Origin: Octopus sinensis
Taxonomy: Eukaryota
Direction of reading: 5' to 3'
Assembly (NCBI RefSeq): GCF_006345805.1
Contig: NC_043006.1
Location: 46,376,001-46,440,000, forward strand
DNA: 64,000 nucleotides
Shown: one piece after another, positions 38,333 to 51,392 of the stretch
Layout: the number at the start of each line of letters is the position of its first letter
Position numbering within the stretch: the stretch's first letter is position 1
Translations under genes and position numbers: made by a program
Notes under the pieces: generated by a model
The model's database searches: none
The model's input: the letters and a program-made list of their open reading frames with translations, nothing else
What the model was told of the DNA's origin: nothing

Positions 38333-38828
38333 ACACCACTACACCATACACCATCATACCATACAATACATCACATCACAACACACCACCACGCACACAC
38401 CAGCACTGACCACTTCCCAGCCCCACATTTTCACACCTACGCATACGTACACACACACGCACACGTCAAAATCACCAGCCCTCTTCCTCAAACACAAGCA
38501 ACTCTCTTATACACTCGCACGCGCACCTTCATTTTGGGATCACCACTATCTTATTACTCTCCTTCTCCCGAGTGACCTTTCTGGTTTAAAGACGTTTTCA
38601 CTTCCCGAGTGTTATATCTGTTACATCTGTTTGTTGCCTACACCACCTGTCTGCGTCTTTTGTATTTTTGTGAATTCTCCCTATGTGTACATAAACATAT
38701 ACATGATGTTTGCGTGTGCATGCGTGTGCATATACATACATATATAATATACATACATGTAAAAATATTCATATATAAACTCTAAATAACAGGCTTGTGA
38801 TTATTTTGAAGCTATAATAAATGTATGT

Positions 38829-39085
38829 GGAGAAGCGTGGCTTGGTGGTTACGGTGTCAGCATCATGATCATAAGATTGTAGTTTCGATTCCTGGACCGG
38901 GCGACGCGTTTTCTTCTTGAGCAAAAGACTTCATTTCACGTTGCTCCAGTCCACTCAGCTGGCAAAAATGAGTAATGCGGCGATGGACTGGCGTCCCGTT
39001 CAGCTGGGGAACACATACACCATAGAGACCGGGAAAGAGGGCCCATGGACTTGGCTAGGCTTTAAAAGGGTGCATTTATATTTAT
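38829..39085 (+). mobile_element. SINE with type C head and type D tail (V-domain-like segment)
   Basis: Head and TTCTTGAGCAAAAGACTT...CTCCAGTCCACTCAGCTGG as in type C, then GCGATGGACTGGCGTCCCGTTCAG and the tail of 16845-16930. Confidence 0.82.
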
Positions 39086-39191
39086 AATAAATGTATACTA
39101 CCCTAACTTTGGTGTTCGAATATTATTTTCCCACCTTGTTTAGTACTCATGTTCTAACCTGTATGTATATGTGTGTGTGTATGTGTAAATA

Positions 39192-39332
39192 TAAGGTTGT
39201 CCCAAAAGTTCGTAGAAAGTCTTGGAAAATAATGGTCTTTATTTTGAGGAATAATTTTTGTTGTTTTTGTTAGTACTTGGCGAGTAAAAATTCAATTTTC
39301 GCAAGTGTTTACGAACTTTTGGGACAACCTAA
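39192..39332. mobile_element. 141-bp mariner-type MITE
   Basis: TA|TAAGGTTGTCCCAAAAGTTCGTA...TACGAACTTTTGGGACAACCTAA|TA. Confidence 0.92.
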
Positions 39333-39887
39333 TATCTCTATATAGCTTTATATTGATACGTACATGCATAAACATGTACATATATACATGTATGTATGCA
39401 CGTGTGTTTGTATGCATGTATGTATGTATGCATGTATGTATCGTGTCGATATGGTTTCAAATGCTTTCTATTATCTGTTCCGATATAGCAGAATGTGTGC
39501 GTAGGTTGTTCGCATAGATTACGCTATGCATTTCACGAAACGTAAACTAGCGTAAGTGACGTGATCTATTTTACACTTTGTTTTCAAGCATTTTACTAAT
39601 AACTGTTCCAGGCAATTCGTTTTTATTTTCAAATATAGATTAACATCTTAAAATTTATCACAAGAAATCTAAGCTGATATAATCCTATTATTTGCTCTTC
39701 GTGAAAGAAAACATTGTTATATTTGTCTGAATTCACATTTTGACTAAATTTCTCTGGCATGCAATTTTAGGTGTTTTGGTGTCTGTCTTTCAACTAATAT
39801 GTTCCACGAATAAAAGCTAGCGTTGTGCAGAGAAAATTAAGAATTTAATGGACTGGATGTGGCTTGTTTAATCCAACGCAACATATC

Positions 39888-40442
39888 TCTTCTTCTTCTT
39901 CTTCTTCTTCTTCTTCTTCTTCTTCTTCTTCTTCTTCTTCTTCTTCTTCTTCTTCTTCTTCTTCTTCTTCTTCTTCTTCTTCTTCTTCTTCTTCTTCTTC
40001 TTCTTCTTCTTCTTCTTTTCTTCCTCTTTTTCTTCTTCTTATCCTCCTCCTTCAACTTCTTCACCTTCTTCTTCTTTTTCTTCTTCTTCTTCTTTTTCTT
40101 CTCCCCCTCCTTCACCTTCACCTTCTTCACCTTCTTCTTTTCTTCTTCTTTTTCTTCTTTTTCTTTTTCTTCTTCTTCTTCTTCTTCTTCTTTTCATCAC
40201 CACCAGCAGCATCTGCAACAACATCCTCCATGTCATCATCCCTAACATCATCATCATCATCCTCATCATCATCATCATCGTAGTTATCGTCATCGCCGCC
40301 GCCGCCGTCGTCGTCATCGTGATTATCGTTGTCTTCATCGTCGACATCATCGCCGTCATCACCATCATCCTTTTTCTTCTCAGCTCTCTTCCAATACATC
40401 ATCACTACCAATACTATCATCATCGTCGTCATTGTCATCAAT

Positions 40443-40486
<44 letters not shown>

Positions 40487-40690
40487 TAACATCATCATCA
40501 TCTTCATAGCATTTGTCGAAAGTATCCCGTGGAAAAGTAGAAGAAATTGTTAAATTCTGGAAGATTGCGGTTGTGAAAATTTTGCGCTGATATGTAGAAT
40601 TATATAACCAGTTACAGTTGTTGTTGCTGTTGTTGTTGTTGTTGCTGTTGTTGTTGTTGTTGCTGTTGTTGTTGTTGTTGCTGTTCTTAC
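39888..40690. repeat. Compound (CTT)n/(CAT)n/(CGT)/(TTG) triplet arrays
   Basis: Direct reading; long pure (CTT)n at 39888-40015. Confidence 0.95.
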
Positions 40691-40911
40691 ATTTGTTGTT
40701 GCTCTCGTTGCCATACTTGTTGTTGTTTAGTCTAGCGATGACACAATGGATTCTGATCGAATGTATACCAGCCATGAGATACTTGTCCTTTTCAAACTTA
40801 GAATTGTGTGCTCGTCAGTGTGTGCGTGTGTATGTGTTTGTATGATTGTGTATATCTGCTTACGTATCGCTGAGCTTGTGTGAGTATCTGTGTGTGATTA
40901 TTCGTGCGCGC

Positions 40912-40946
<35 letters not shown>

Positions 40947-42030
40947 GAAGAACGAGCTTATTGATTGACCACATATGGTCTTCTACTTTCTTCAAGTGAA
41001 CTGCTTTATATTGCCTCAGTAGCCATCGTGTTAGCCCTGAGTTCTAGCTGTCGTTAGTGGCATGTGCATGTATCGGCTCTGTAAGCTTATGTATTATGTT
41101 ATTTTCTTGGGTATTAAATGCGTTTAGTAATTTTTACGAGTGTTCTGTTATCCTATTTGATGGTGCTTCAATAAACTATGAGTGCTGTGTTATTCACAGA
41201 AAAAATGTCCCGCAGAGCACGTAGCAATGGTCTCTTTGTGATCGGTATTTTTTCCAATTTTTACTAAAACTAATGTTTCAAATATTATTCTTATTCCTTT
41301 TCACTCACCATCTCTCCATTATATATACCTTAACATCAAGATCTTTCTAATGTGACAGTCAACCCATTACTCTGCTCCTCAGAAAAAATCAATACGTCTA
41401 TCAAAGAACAAAGATTATTGTTCTTGTCCTTGATAACTCTAACTAGACGGTTTTTATGTATTTTACTGGCCAGTGTCGACAGATATGTCTCAGTTGATTG
41501 TGGACAGTTTGTTTTCATGCACTATATTTTGTGTATGCTTAAGCAAATTATCGTTTTTCATGTCGAAGAGCTGGCATACAACTCCTCACAAGATCCTATC
41601 TCTGGATACATTCGGTTATTGACAGAACATGGAAAATGAAGACAACCTAATCAATTGTCTTCTTGCATTCACTACACTGTCTACACTTGATGTTATCCTC
41701 TTTCTTTATGTTTTCCTGATTACTTTGTTTTTAAAACCTTAAATTCTATTCTGTGTTTTTAACTTATATTATTTTAATAGGCTTATCATATACTAGCTTT
41801 AATAGTTTCATTTGTTATAAAATTTACTTTTGGCCAACCATTTTCGTTTTTTGCAGCACTCCATCTATGACATTTAATTTGATGAAATTGTTACCAGTTC
41901 AGACGTGCTTCAGGTGTATTCAGACACGTAAGAAACTATTCACTGTATCTTGTCACAGACAAGACATCTCGCTATTGATAAATGGATGTAGATACACCGA
42001 ATTTGCCTCTAATACTACCTGACCAAACAG

Positions 42031-42074
42031 CGCGATGCATGCATTTCGGAGTAATTATCTCCTCTTCAGTCACA
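42031..42074 (-). ncRNA. Minimal type-I hammerhead-like motif with intact CUGANGA and GAAA boxes
   Basis: Minus strand: TGTGA-CTGAAGA-GGAG-ATAATTA-CTCC-GAAA-TGCATG-CA-TCGCG. Confidence 0.68.
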
Positions 42075-42699
42075 TAAAGCAGACAAGGCGATGCTAACTC
42101 GAAAGATTGCTTAGTGTTGTCACCCGTTGTTTATTTGCGGTGAGCTACAGGTCATTGAATGATCACAGGAATACTCGTCTTGTTATATCCATCAGACTCT
42201 AGTGGAGATAACGAGAGGAGTGTTACGGTGGACCAACTCTGTCTCTTTCTTTCTCTCTCTCTCTTTCTCTCTCACTTTCTTTCCCTCTCTCTCTTTCTTT
42301 ATCTTTATCTCTCTCTTTCTTTCTTTCTCTCTCTCTCTCTCTCTCTCTATCGTCATGCTCTCGGCTTATTCAGGTACCACATGAAAGGTTCAATGAAGGG
42401 TGAGAGGGAGTTGCTGTTTTGTAGTGTACTCAGTGGCGAAACTATCGACACTGGTGAGACTAGCAAGACTGGCGAAACTGTCGACGCTGAGTGAACCTAC
42501 CTATGCTTTTCTGGGTAGATGGGAAGAAACAGGGACAAAGAACTTTTGACGTATTGGAATGTTCTTACTGATAACTTTTCTCGTCGGAATCCTTTACTGT
42601 GTTGCTCTTTTCACTTTATTTTACCCAATGTAAACCCCAGTTTGGTGTATTTGTCTTTGTATTGTCTACAAAATGTGGATACTACTAGCTGACAAAAGT

Positions 42700-43615
<916 letters not shown>

Positions 43616-43624
43616 ATTAGCAGC

Positions 43625-44217
43625 TATTACATTCTTTTCAACTCGAAGCATAAGGCCCGAAATTTTGGGGAAGGGGACCAGTTGATTAGATCGATCTCAG
43701 TACGCAACTGGTGCTTAATTTATCGACCCGGAAAAGATGAAAGGCAAAGTCGACCTCAGAGGAATTTGAACTCAGAATTTGAAGACAGACAAAATACCTA
43801 TTTCTTTACTACCCACAAGCAGCTACACACAGAGAGGATAAACAAGGATATACAAACGGATTAAGTCGATTATATCGACCGCCAGTGCGGAGGGGGCACT
43901 TATTTAATCGACGCTAAAAGGATGAAAGGCAAAGTCGACCTCGGAGGAATTTGAACTCAGAACGTAACGGCAGACGAAATACCTATTTCTTTACTACCCA
44001 CAAGGGGCTAAACACAGAGCAGACAAACAAGGACAGACAAACGGATTGAGTCGATTATATCAACCCCCAGTGCGTAACTGGTACATATCTTATCGACCCC
44101 GAAAGGATGAAAGGCAAAGTCGACCTCGGTGGAATATGAACTCAGAACGTAGCGGCAGACGAAATACCGGTAAGCATTTCGCCCGGCGTACTAACGATTC
44201 TGCCAGCTCGCCGCCCT
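43625..44217 (-). mobile_element. SINE type B trimer
   Basis: One headed unit plus two head-less units; junctions at 43797/43798 and 43982/43983. Confidence 0.92.
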
Positions 44218-45292
44218 TTAGTAGTAATTACATTGTTCCGCTCTCATTGTTAGTAGCAGTAGTATTGTCTACTGGTGAACGATACCATCAGTATCATCAC
44301 CACTAAATAATTTATGTTTAATTAATATAAGTTGTTATTAAATGTTCCATTATCAAATCACGCGTATACAAAGACAAAAATATAAAGCGGAAAATATTAT
44401 TTATTTGAATTATCATTGAAAAACAAATATTATATTATTAGTGTTTAATTAATAAATTTGAGAAAAAAAATCATACGATTTTATTTGAAATGTGTATATG
44501 CTTATACAAGTTCGTGTGTATATGTGCATATGTTCTGTGTTCGCGTGTGTATATTTTAGTGTTTGTGTGTGTATATGTAAATTCGTGCCTGTATATGCAT
44601 GTATGACTGTATGAGAGGCATTTCTAACATCGCAAGTAATTTCAAAGATACCAGGCATTTACGGATATTTACGAATCATTTTTCATTAAGATATTAAAAA
44701 ATTAATTATACCATAAAAGAGTGTCCCCCGCGAAGAAGAAAATGTAAATAACATTAGAAAATGGCGACACATCAGTCTTGCAAATATTAACACGTCAAAT
44801 AAATTATTCAATCTCAAATTATATTGTAGTACTAAAGGCCACAATTTAATATAATGAATTAGAAAAGAGGTTTTGTGGTTCATTTGTTAAGCCGCTAACG
44901 TATGATGACACGGTTGAAATATTTGTATTTGTGGAGACTATTAGATGTTTGTAATCTGCAAAAATTAGTAGTTCATTAAAGTGATTTTAATTAATAATAA
45001 TCTTAGACGTGTTCATTTAGAAATATTTCGTGACGCTGTTCTTTTCTGGAGAAGAGCTCTCTTCTGATTAACATACAATACACGTTCAGTCGAAATTTTG
45101 TAACTACATATTAAAATTACAAATTTAAGCCGTACCAGTTGTTGTTATTTGCGAGAAGCTCAGCGTTAACCTCGTACTGTTGTCGTTAAATGTGTTTTAG
45201 CGTTCACCACTTCAACGCCTTCTTACACTGCTTTGTGGATGATATTTTGCAGTATGTATTCCCCTTTTAAAAGCGGTTATTTAAGGGAAAGA

Positions 45293-45507
45293 TGCGGGCG
45301 GGGTGAAAAGTACCTAGCTTTGAGAGTATAGCAAAGGCCTTGTTGCAGCCTTAACATTCCGAGTTCTTTTACATGACTTAGAAAAGCTGTAGGACCGCTG
45401 CAATAAGTGTGTGAATCTGAGAAGAGAATATATTAAATATGATTATAATTAAGTGATTCTCCTGTATTTGCTTTTACCGGAAGCCAGGAATATTTCAGTA
45501 CCCCTCG

Positions 45508-45508
<1 letters not shown>
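45293..45508 (+). mobile_element. Mariner-derived MITE, copy 1
   Basis: GGGGTGAAAAGTACCTAGCTT / AAGCCAGGAATATTTCAGTACCCCTCGT ends; the interior resembles a mariner C-terminus (LEKL*DRCNKCVNLRREYI). Confidence 0.78.
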
Positions 45509-45569
<61 letters not shown>

Positions 45570-45909
45570 TATATATATAATATTTCTGTTTTTGAAAATC
45601 AGTGGTGGATGTGTTCCACTGTTCGAAGGTTGTAATAGGCAGAGATTTGTGTATCACATAGCTAGCTTAGCTAGAGGCGACGTCCTGTCGGAACTAACCA
45701 GCGACAGCATTCATGCTATTTTTCTGGACTGTCATGTTTGTTGGCGATAAATATTAATATCTAGTTCTCCTGCTGTAGTCACCTTTAGAGAGATTTAGAT
45801 ATAATAATATTTCTATTTTTGAAAATCAAAGGATGTGTGTTCCACTGAATATATATAAATAAACTTTCGAACAGACAGTCAACAGTGACGCCTGCTGGTT
45901 TCAGTCACA

Positions 45910-45950
45910 CCACTTTCATAAGGGGAAAATATCCCGAAACCGGTCTGTGG
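45910..45950 (+). ncRNA. Decayed minimal type-I hammerhead motif
   Basis: CCACT-TTCATAA-GGGG-AAAATAT-CCC-GAAA-CCGG-TC-TGTGG; 3' half canonical (GUC site), CUGAUGA box mutated. Confidence 0.55.
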
Positions 45951-46156
45951 ATGTTGAACCAGCAAGGGGAAGCGGATGACCTCCCCAGTCCGAAGGTTGT
46001 AATAGACACAGATTTGTGTGTCACATCGCTAGCTAGAGGCGATGGCCTCTCGGAGGTAATCAACGGCAGTATTCGTCCTATTTCTCTGTACTGCTGTGCT
46101 AGCTTGGCGATAAATATTAATTCCCGGTACTGCTACCGTAGTCTCATATATATACG

Positions 46157-46189
<33 letters not shown>

Positions 46190-46229
46190 TTAGATAGATA
46201 CACATACATGCATGCGTGCATACATACAC

Positions 46230-46495
46230 TAAGGCGTGTTGAAAAGTTCCTAGCTTTAAGGGTATCGCAAAATGCCCGAATGCAGGCTCATGTTTCCGAG
46301 TTCTTTTCCATGTCTCAGAAAAGCTGAAGGACATCTGCAATAAGAAAGCAGTTGCCCAAAGTTCCACGCAGTGAGACTGAACACGGAATCATGTGGTTAC
46401 GAATCTAACAGGAAACTACTTTGAATGAAATCACAATTAATTGATCTTCCTGTATTTTATTTTACCCAAAACGAAGAACTTTTCAGCACCTCGCA
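46230..46495 (+). mobile_element. Mariner-derived MITE, copy 2, with an embedded SINE A head fragment
   Basis: GTGTTGAAAAGTTCCTAG...GAACTTTTCAGCACC; shares TTCCGAGTTCTTTT...AGAAAAGCTG with copy 1. Confidence 0.75.
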
Positions 46496-46598
46496 CCTCC
46501 CAAAACTGTCGTGTGTAGATTGAACATACAGGCGCTCATTTTTGAGATTCATATATTACAATCTTCCACGTGTGTGTGTGTTGTTCCAGCTATGTATA

Positions 46599-46735
46599 GG
46601 CGCAGGCGTGGCTGCGTGGTAAGGAACTGGCTTCCCAACCATATGTTTCCGGGTGGGAAGATGTCATCTACTGTAGCTTCCGGCCGACCAAGTACTTGTG
46701 ACTCGATTTGGAAGATGGAACTTGAAAGAAGCCCG

Positions 46736-46819
<84 letters not shown>

Positions 46820-46866
46820 TGTGTGTGTGTATGTATGTCTCTCTCTCTCTCTCACTCTCTCTCTCA

Positions 46867-46899
<33 letters not shown>

Positions 46900-47168
46900 T
46901 CTCTCTCTCTCACACTCTCTCTCTATATATATACATATATATATATGTATCTATGTATGTATCTATTTGTGTTTCTGTGGTTGTTGCCCCACCATCTCCT
47001 GACAACCAATGTTGGTATTTTTACGTCCCCGTAATCTAGCGTTTCGACAGAAGAAGCCGTTAGAATAAATACTACGTTTACAAAGAATAAGTTCTAGGGT
47101 AGAAGTCGCCCACTAGAGGCTGTGCTCCAGCATGGTCGCAGTCAAATAGCTAAAACAAGTAAAAGAAT
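46599..47168 (+). mobile_element. SINE type A with an expanded (~240 bp) internal microsatellite
   Basis: Head, then (TA)n(TG)n(TC)n, then tail. Confidence 0.88.
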
Positions 47169-47236
47169 GTATTTTTCTTGCAAAGTAGATTGCTAGCATC
47201 TTTTTCTTTTTTTTTTTTATTAAACTTACTCATTCT

Positions 47237-47475
47237 TTTCAACTATAGGCCCAAAGACCGAAAATTTGGGGGAGGGACCAGTCCATTAGATCGACCCCAG
47301 TACGCAACTGGTACTTAATTTATCAACTCCGAAAGGATGAAAAGCAAAGTCGACTTCAGAGTTCAAATTCCGCCGAGGTCGACTTTTCCTTTCATCCTTT
47401 CGGGGTTCAATAAATTAAATGCTAATCAACTGGCTCCCTACACCAAACATTTCGGGCCTTGTACCTAGAGTAGAA
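47237..47475. mobile_element. Fold-back pair of SINE type B fragments
   Basis: Minus-strand 3' half joined to a plus-strand 3' half around GTCGAC (47349) and GTCGAC (47378). Confidence 0.85.
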
Positions 47476-47630
47476 CTGAACAGAAGTTAAATTATCGTAT
47501 ACATATCTCTGCATAACCGAATATATATACTGAAATATGAAGAATGAAACGAGTAGAGCCACGTGGTGTAGTGGTGACGGGTGTTGTACTCACGATTGTA
47601 AAGTCGTGATCTCGATTCCTGGAGATATAA

Positions 47631-47665
<35 letters not shown>

Positions 47666-47666
<1 letters not shown>

Positions 47667-48725
47667 TCGTTGTGCTTATTGTCCTGTATCTCTTTTTTTT
47701 TTTTGCTTGTCTTGTTCCTTGGTTTGTGTCTATGTTTTTCGTCTCTCTATGTGTTCGATGTCTTTTTGGTGTCCTGTACACATATATGCATGTATATGTA
47801 CATGTAGAGGTAGGTACGTACATATATGTTTATATATATGCATATGTTCTATTTTATTAACATATTATACGACTAAACGCACGCACCCTATTAAGTAAGA
47901 TTGTTCTGTTTATCAAGTTAGCCTTGATATTAACTCTCACGCGACTCTGCATCTTTCTTTCTTTCTCTCCCATTCCCTTTTTCGTCTTTTTTCCCTCACT
48001 TAACTTGTCTCTTCCTCTCTCTCTCATTCTTCATTCTCTCTCTCCCTTTCACCATTCTTCATGGTCTCCTCGCACCATTCCCCTTCTTCCCTCTCTTCCT
48101 CTTGCTCCTCCTCCCCCATTCCCGTCGTCCATCTGCGACGATACTTCCGTCGTAACTGCTATCCTGTCTTTTCTCGCCCGCCTTCTAAGGCTACTGGTCG
48201 ACATTTTTTCTCTCTCGTCGTCCACTATAATCCAGCGTTTGCAATACTTTTTTCGTCTGGCGTTAACAGCCCTTCTTATCTTGTTCTCCTTGTCCTGTCT
48301 CTCACTGTTACATATTTATTTTTCCACTGTTTATATATATATTTTTTACTGTTTATATGTTTGTACTGTCGTTACCGTCTTGCTTTTTTTACCCCTCTGC
48401 GAAAAGATCTCAGAATTTTAATTGATTTGCTTTTCGCAGGAAGGAAGTTTTCTTCGAAGTATACGTCTCGCTTTTATCCTTCGAAACGTTTAGTAGATGA
48501 AACCTTAGCGACTGAAGAAGGGGATTTTTCGTTGTGCTTATTGTCCTGTATCTCTTTTTTTTTTTTTTTTTGCTTGTCTTGTTCCTTGGTTTGTGTCTAT
48601 GTTTTTCGTCTCTCTATGTGTTCGATGTCTTTTTGGTGTCCTGTACACATATATGCATGTATATGTACATGTAGAGGTAGGTACGTACATATATGTTTAT
48701 ATATATGCATATGTTCTATTTTATT

Positions 48726-48729
<4 letters not shown>
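47666..48729 (+). mobile_element. 1.06-kb non-coding element with terminal direct repeats, copy 2
   Basis: Repeats at 47666-47862 and about 48527-48729; flanked by (TA)n on both sides. Confidence 0.9.
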
Positions 48730-48764
<35 letters not shown>

Positions 48765-48809
48765 TATATATATATTATATATATATATATATATATATGC
48801 GTGTGTGCG

Positions 48810-49045
48810 TGGAGGCGCGTGGCTTAATGGTTAGCGTATTGACCTCATGATCGTAATGTTGTGGTTTCGATTCCTGGATCGGGATGCGTTGTGTTCTTGA
48901 GCAAAACACTTCATTTCACCTTGCTCCAGTCCATTCAGCTGGCAATAATGAGTAATCATGCGACGGACTGGCGTCCCGTCCAGGTGGGGAATTTCTACGC
49001 CACGGGAAACCGGCCCTTATGAGCCTGGCATAGCTCGAGAAGGAA
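48810..49045 (+). mobile_element. SINE with type C head, V-like segment and the tail of 30269
   Basis: GGAGGCGCGTGGCTTAATGGTTAG...GCGACGGACTGGCGTCCCGTCCAGG...GCTCGAGAAGGAAC. Confidence 0.82.
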
Positions 49046-49188
49046 CACACACACACACACATACACATATATACCAGGTGGTGCTATTAAGTTAGACATG
49101 GCCTGGGCCAATAATGGCCGAAACCTATCAAAGTATCAAAGTATATGTGTGTGTGTGTGTGTGTGTTTGAGAGAGAGATAGAGATAGG

Positions 49189-49229
<41 letters not shown>

Positions 49230-49579
49230 TCGCAGACCTACCTTGGCCAAATAATTCAAATTCCCGTTTGTTGGTCTCTTATTGTTAGAAACTTTTCAGG
49301 TTTTAGTGAACAAAATAACAATTTAACGAACTATGGACTTTCTTAGTGCGTAGGTGGCACTTATTTTATCGACCCCGAAAAACATCGTTTTCCAAGATGA
49401 GCTCTACTCTATTCTAATACCAATAACGTAGGGCATGCCATGCTCATATTTAAATTATTTTTATAGATCCACATCATGTACTACTGCAGCAAATTTGTCA
49501 TATCCCTAATTTTTTCGCAACCATATTACATTCAATAATTTCTTTTACACTATATGTGCAGACTATAAATATTCTATAC

Positions 49580-49925
49580 CTCAGGCATGGGTGAGTGGCA
49601 ACAAACTTACTTCGTAACCACATGATTCCGTGTTCAGTCCCACTGCGTGAAGCTTTGGGCTACTGTTTTCTTCTAGATCCTCGTGCCAACTAAAATCTTG
49701 AGTAGATTTGGTATACGAAAACTGAAAGAAGCCCATCGTATGCTTATATATGTGTGTGTGATGTGTGTACGTGTTTGTATGTGTGTGTGCGAGTGTGTCT
49801 GTATGTGTGTGTGTTTCTGTCTGTGTTTTCCCCTCCTGCTACCAGTTGTCCACCGGTGTCTTTGCATCTCCGTAAATGAACGGTTCGGCAAAAGAGACCC
49901 ACAGAATACGTAGCAGGCTTTAAAA
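49580..49925 (+). mobile_element. SINE type A, diverged and 3'-truncated
   Basis: Head, internal (TG)n, CGGTTCGGCAAAAGAGACC. Confidence 0.8.
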
Positions 49926-50506
49926 ATATGTACCAGTTGTGTACTCGGGTTCGATGTTATAAACCAATGTCCTTTCCCAAAATTTCAGGCCTTCTGACTA
50001 TAGAAAGAATTATTATTATCTGGCGTTTTTGTCGTTGTAGTTGCAGTTGTGGTTGTTAACGGTGTTGTTGTTGCTGTTGTTGTTGTGGTTGCTGCTGTTG
50101 TGGTTGCTGCTGCTGTAGTTATTTTTTTTATTGTTAGTATGATATTATGTTACTATTTTTAATTTCTTTTTTTTTTTTACTAATTTTTAAAAATTTCTTC
50201 TTATATAAAATTCTGTTAGCATCCTCGAAATTATCTGTAGGATAGTTTAGATGATTTAATTAAGATATCAATTAACGGATTTTCACGTCAGATTAACTTA
50301 TTTTGTTATTTATTTAAGTTTTTAAGTAACCAACGTTTTTCAATTTTCCGTCACTGACATGTTTATTGCCGACATCCAGCTGATATAACAACGAATTTTC
50401 CCATCGATTTAACTTTAATTGGTAAAATTATCGGACACGAGGAAGAAAATATTAAAAAAATATAGCAAAACAAAAAAGAAAACAGAACGGGACAGGCTTG
50501 TCAACT

Positions 50507-50516
50507 ATGACGTCAT
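50507..50516. promoter_or_regulatory. Full palindromic CRE (ATGACGTCAT)
   Basis: Exact TGACGTCA at 50508-50515 in non-repeat DNA; function untested. Confidence 0.25.
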
Positions 50517-51349
50517 GTCATTGTTTTGTCGGTTACAGCCATGATGAATAAATTTATTCATATTTTCTGTTGAATCCTGAAATTGAAATCAGACTCAAGA
50601 TAGTGTGAGGACAAAAAAAAAACGTATTAAAATTATAAAAGAAAAACACGGAATGACTCAAAAATAAACAAAATGATAAACAATAAAATGTGTAAAATAT
50701 TATGAAAATAATCAACGTAGAGAAGAAAAGAAAACGGATGTTTTTATATTGTGATTATATCTGTGCTTGTTGGGACGGAGACAGTTTTGAAATGAAGTAG
50801 GAGTGTGGAGTACTGGCAGGGTCAATGAGATATCTAGTTAGAAAAACAGAGAGAAATCAGAGTGTAGGAGAGTGAAGAGAATTGAATGACAGCGTCAAAG
50901 AAATGGAGTGTAGGACAGCAATTATGTTGTCAGAGTCATATTTTGAGGGGGAAAGGTTACATAAGAAGAGAGTGGAAATTTTGTATCTGAGAATTTGAGA
51001 AGAATACCAGTTACATTCATATGAGATCAATGCTACTTTAAAATGTCCTCTCCTCTTAAAAGGACATTTTACAATCTGAAACCATAAAATGGAGGATAAT
51101 AGATAATCCGAAATTGAATGAGGAAAATATTTTGATAAAGCATGGGAGAGCGAAGAAAAATATATTAAGATCTGTACGTGTAAGGGAGAGGGAGAAACAC
51201 GAAGAGGTAATTAAAAGTCAGATGGAGTGTAAAACATACTGGAGTGGGTTAAAGAAATAGTAGAATATCTGAACAATAGGCAAAGAATAACACTTTTAAA
51301 CATATGTGCAAACACGTATGCATATATGCGTGTATGTATGCATACAAAA

Positions 51350-51392
<43 letters not shown>

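Noticed and set aside
41352-41639. 95-aa ORF containing LASVDRYVSV, a GPCR DRY-like motif
   Set aside because: No downstream Pro or TM4 Trp, no ATG and no other helices; likely chance.
43625-44217. CRISPR-like or regularly spaced array
   Set aside because: Units are SINE bodies without unique spacers, in a eukaryotic context.
48061-48834. 257-aa ORF and related ORFs at 24-25 kb and 47.5-48.4 kb
   Set aside because: They lie in the low-complexity A-B-A element; frames are not preserved between the two copies.
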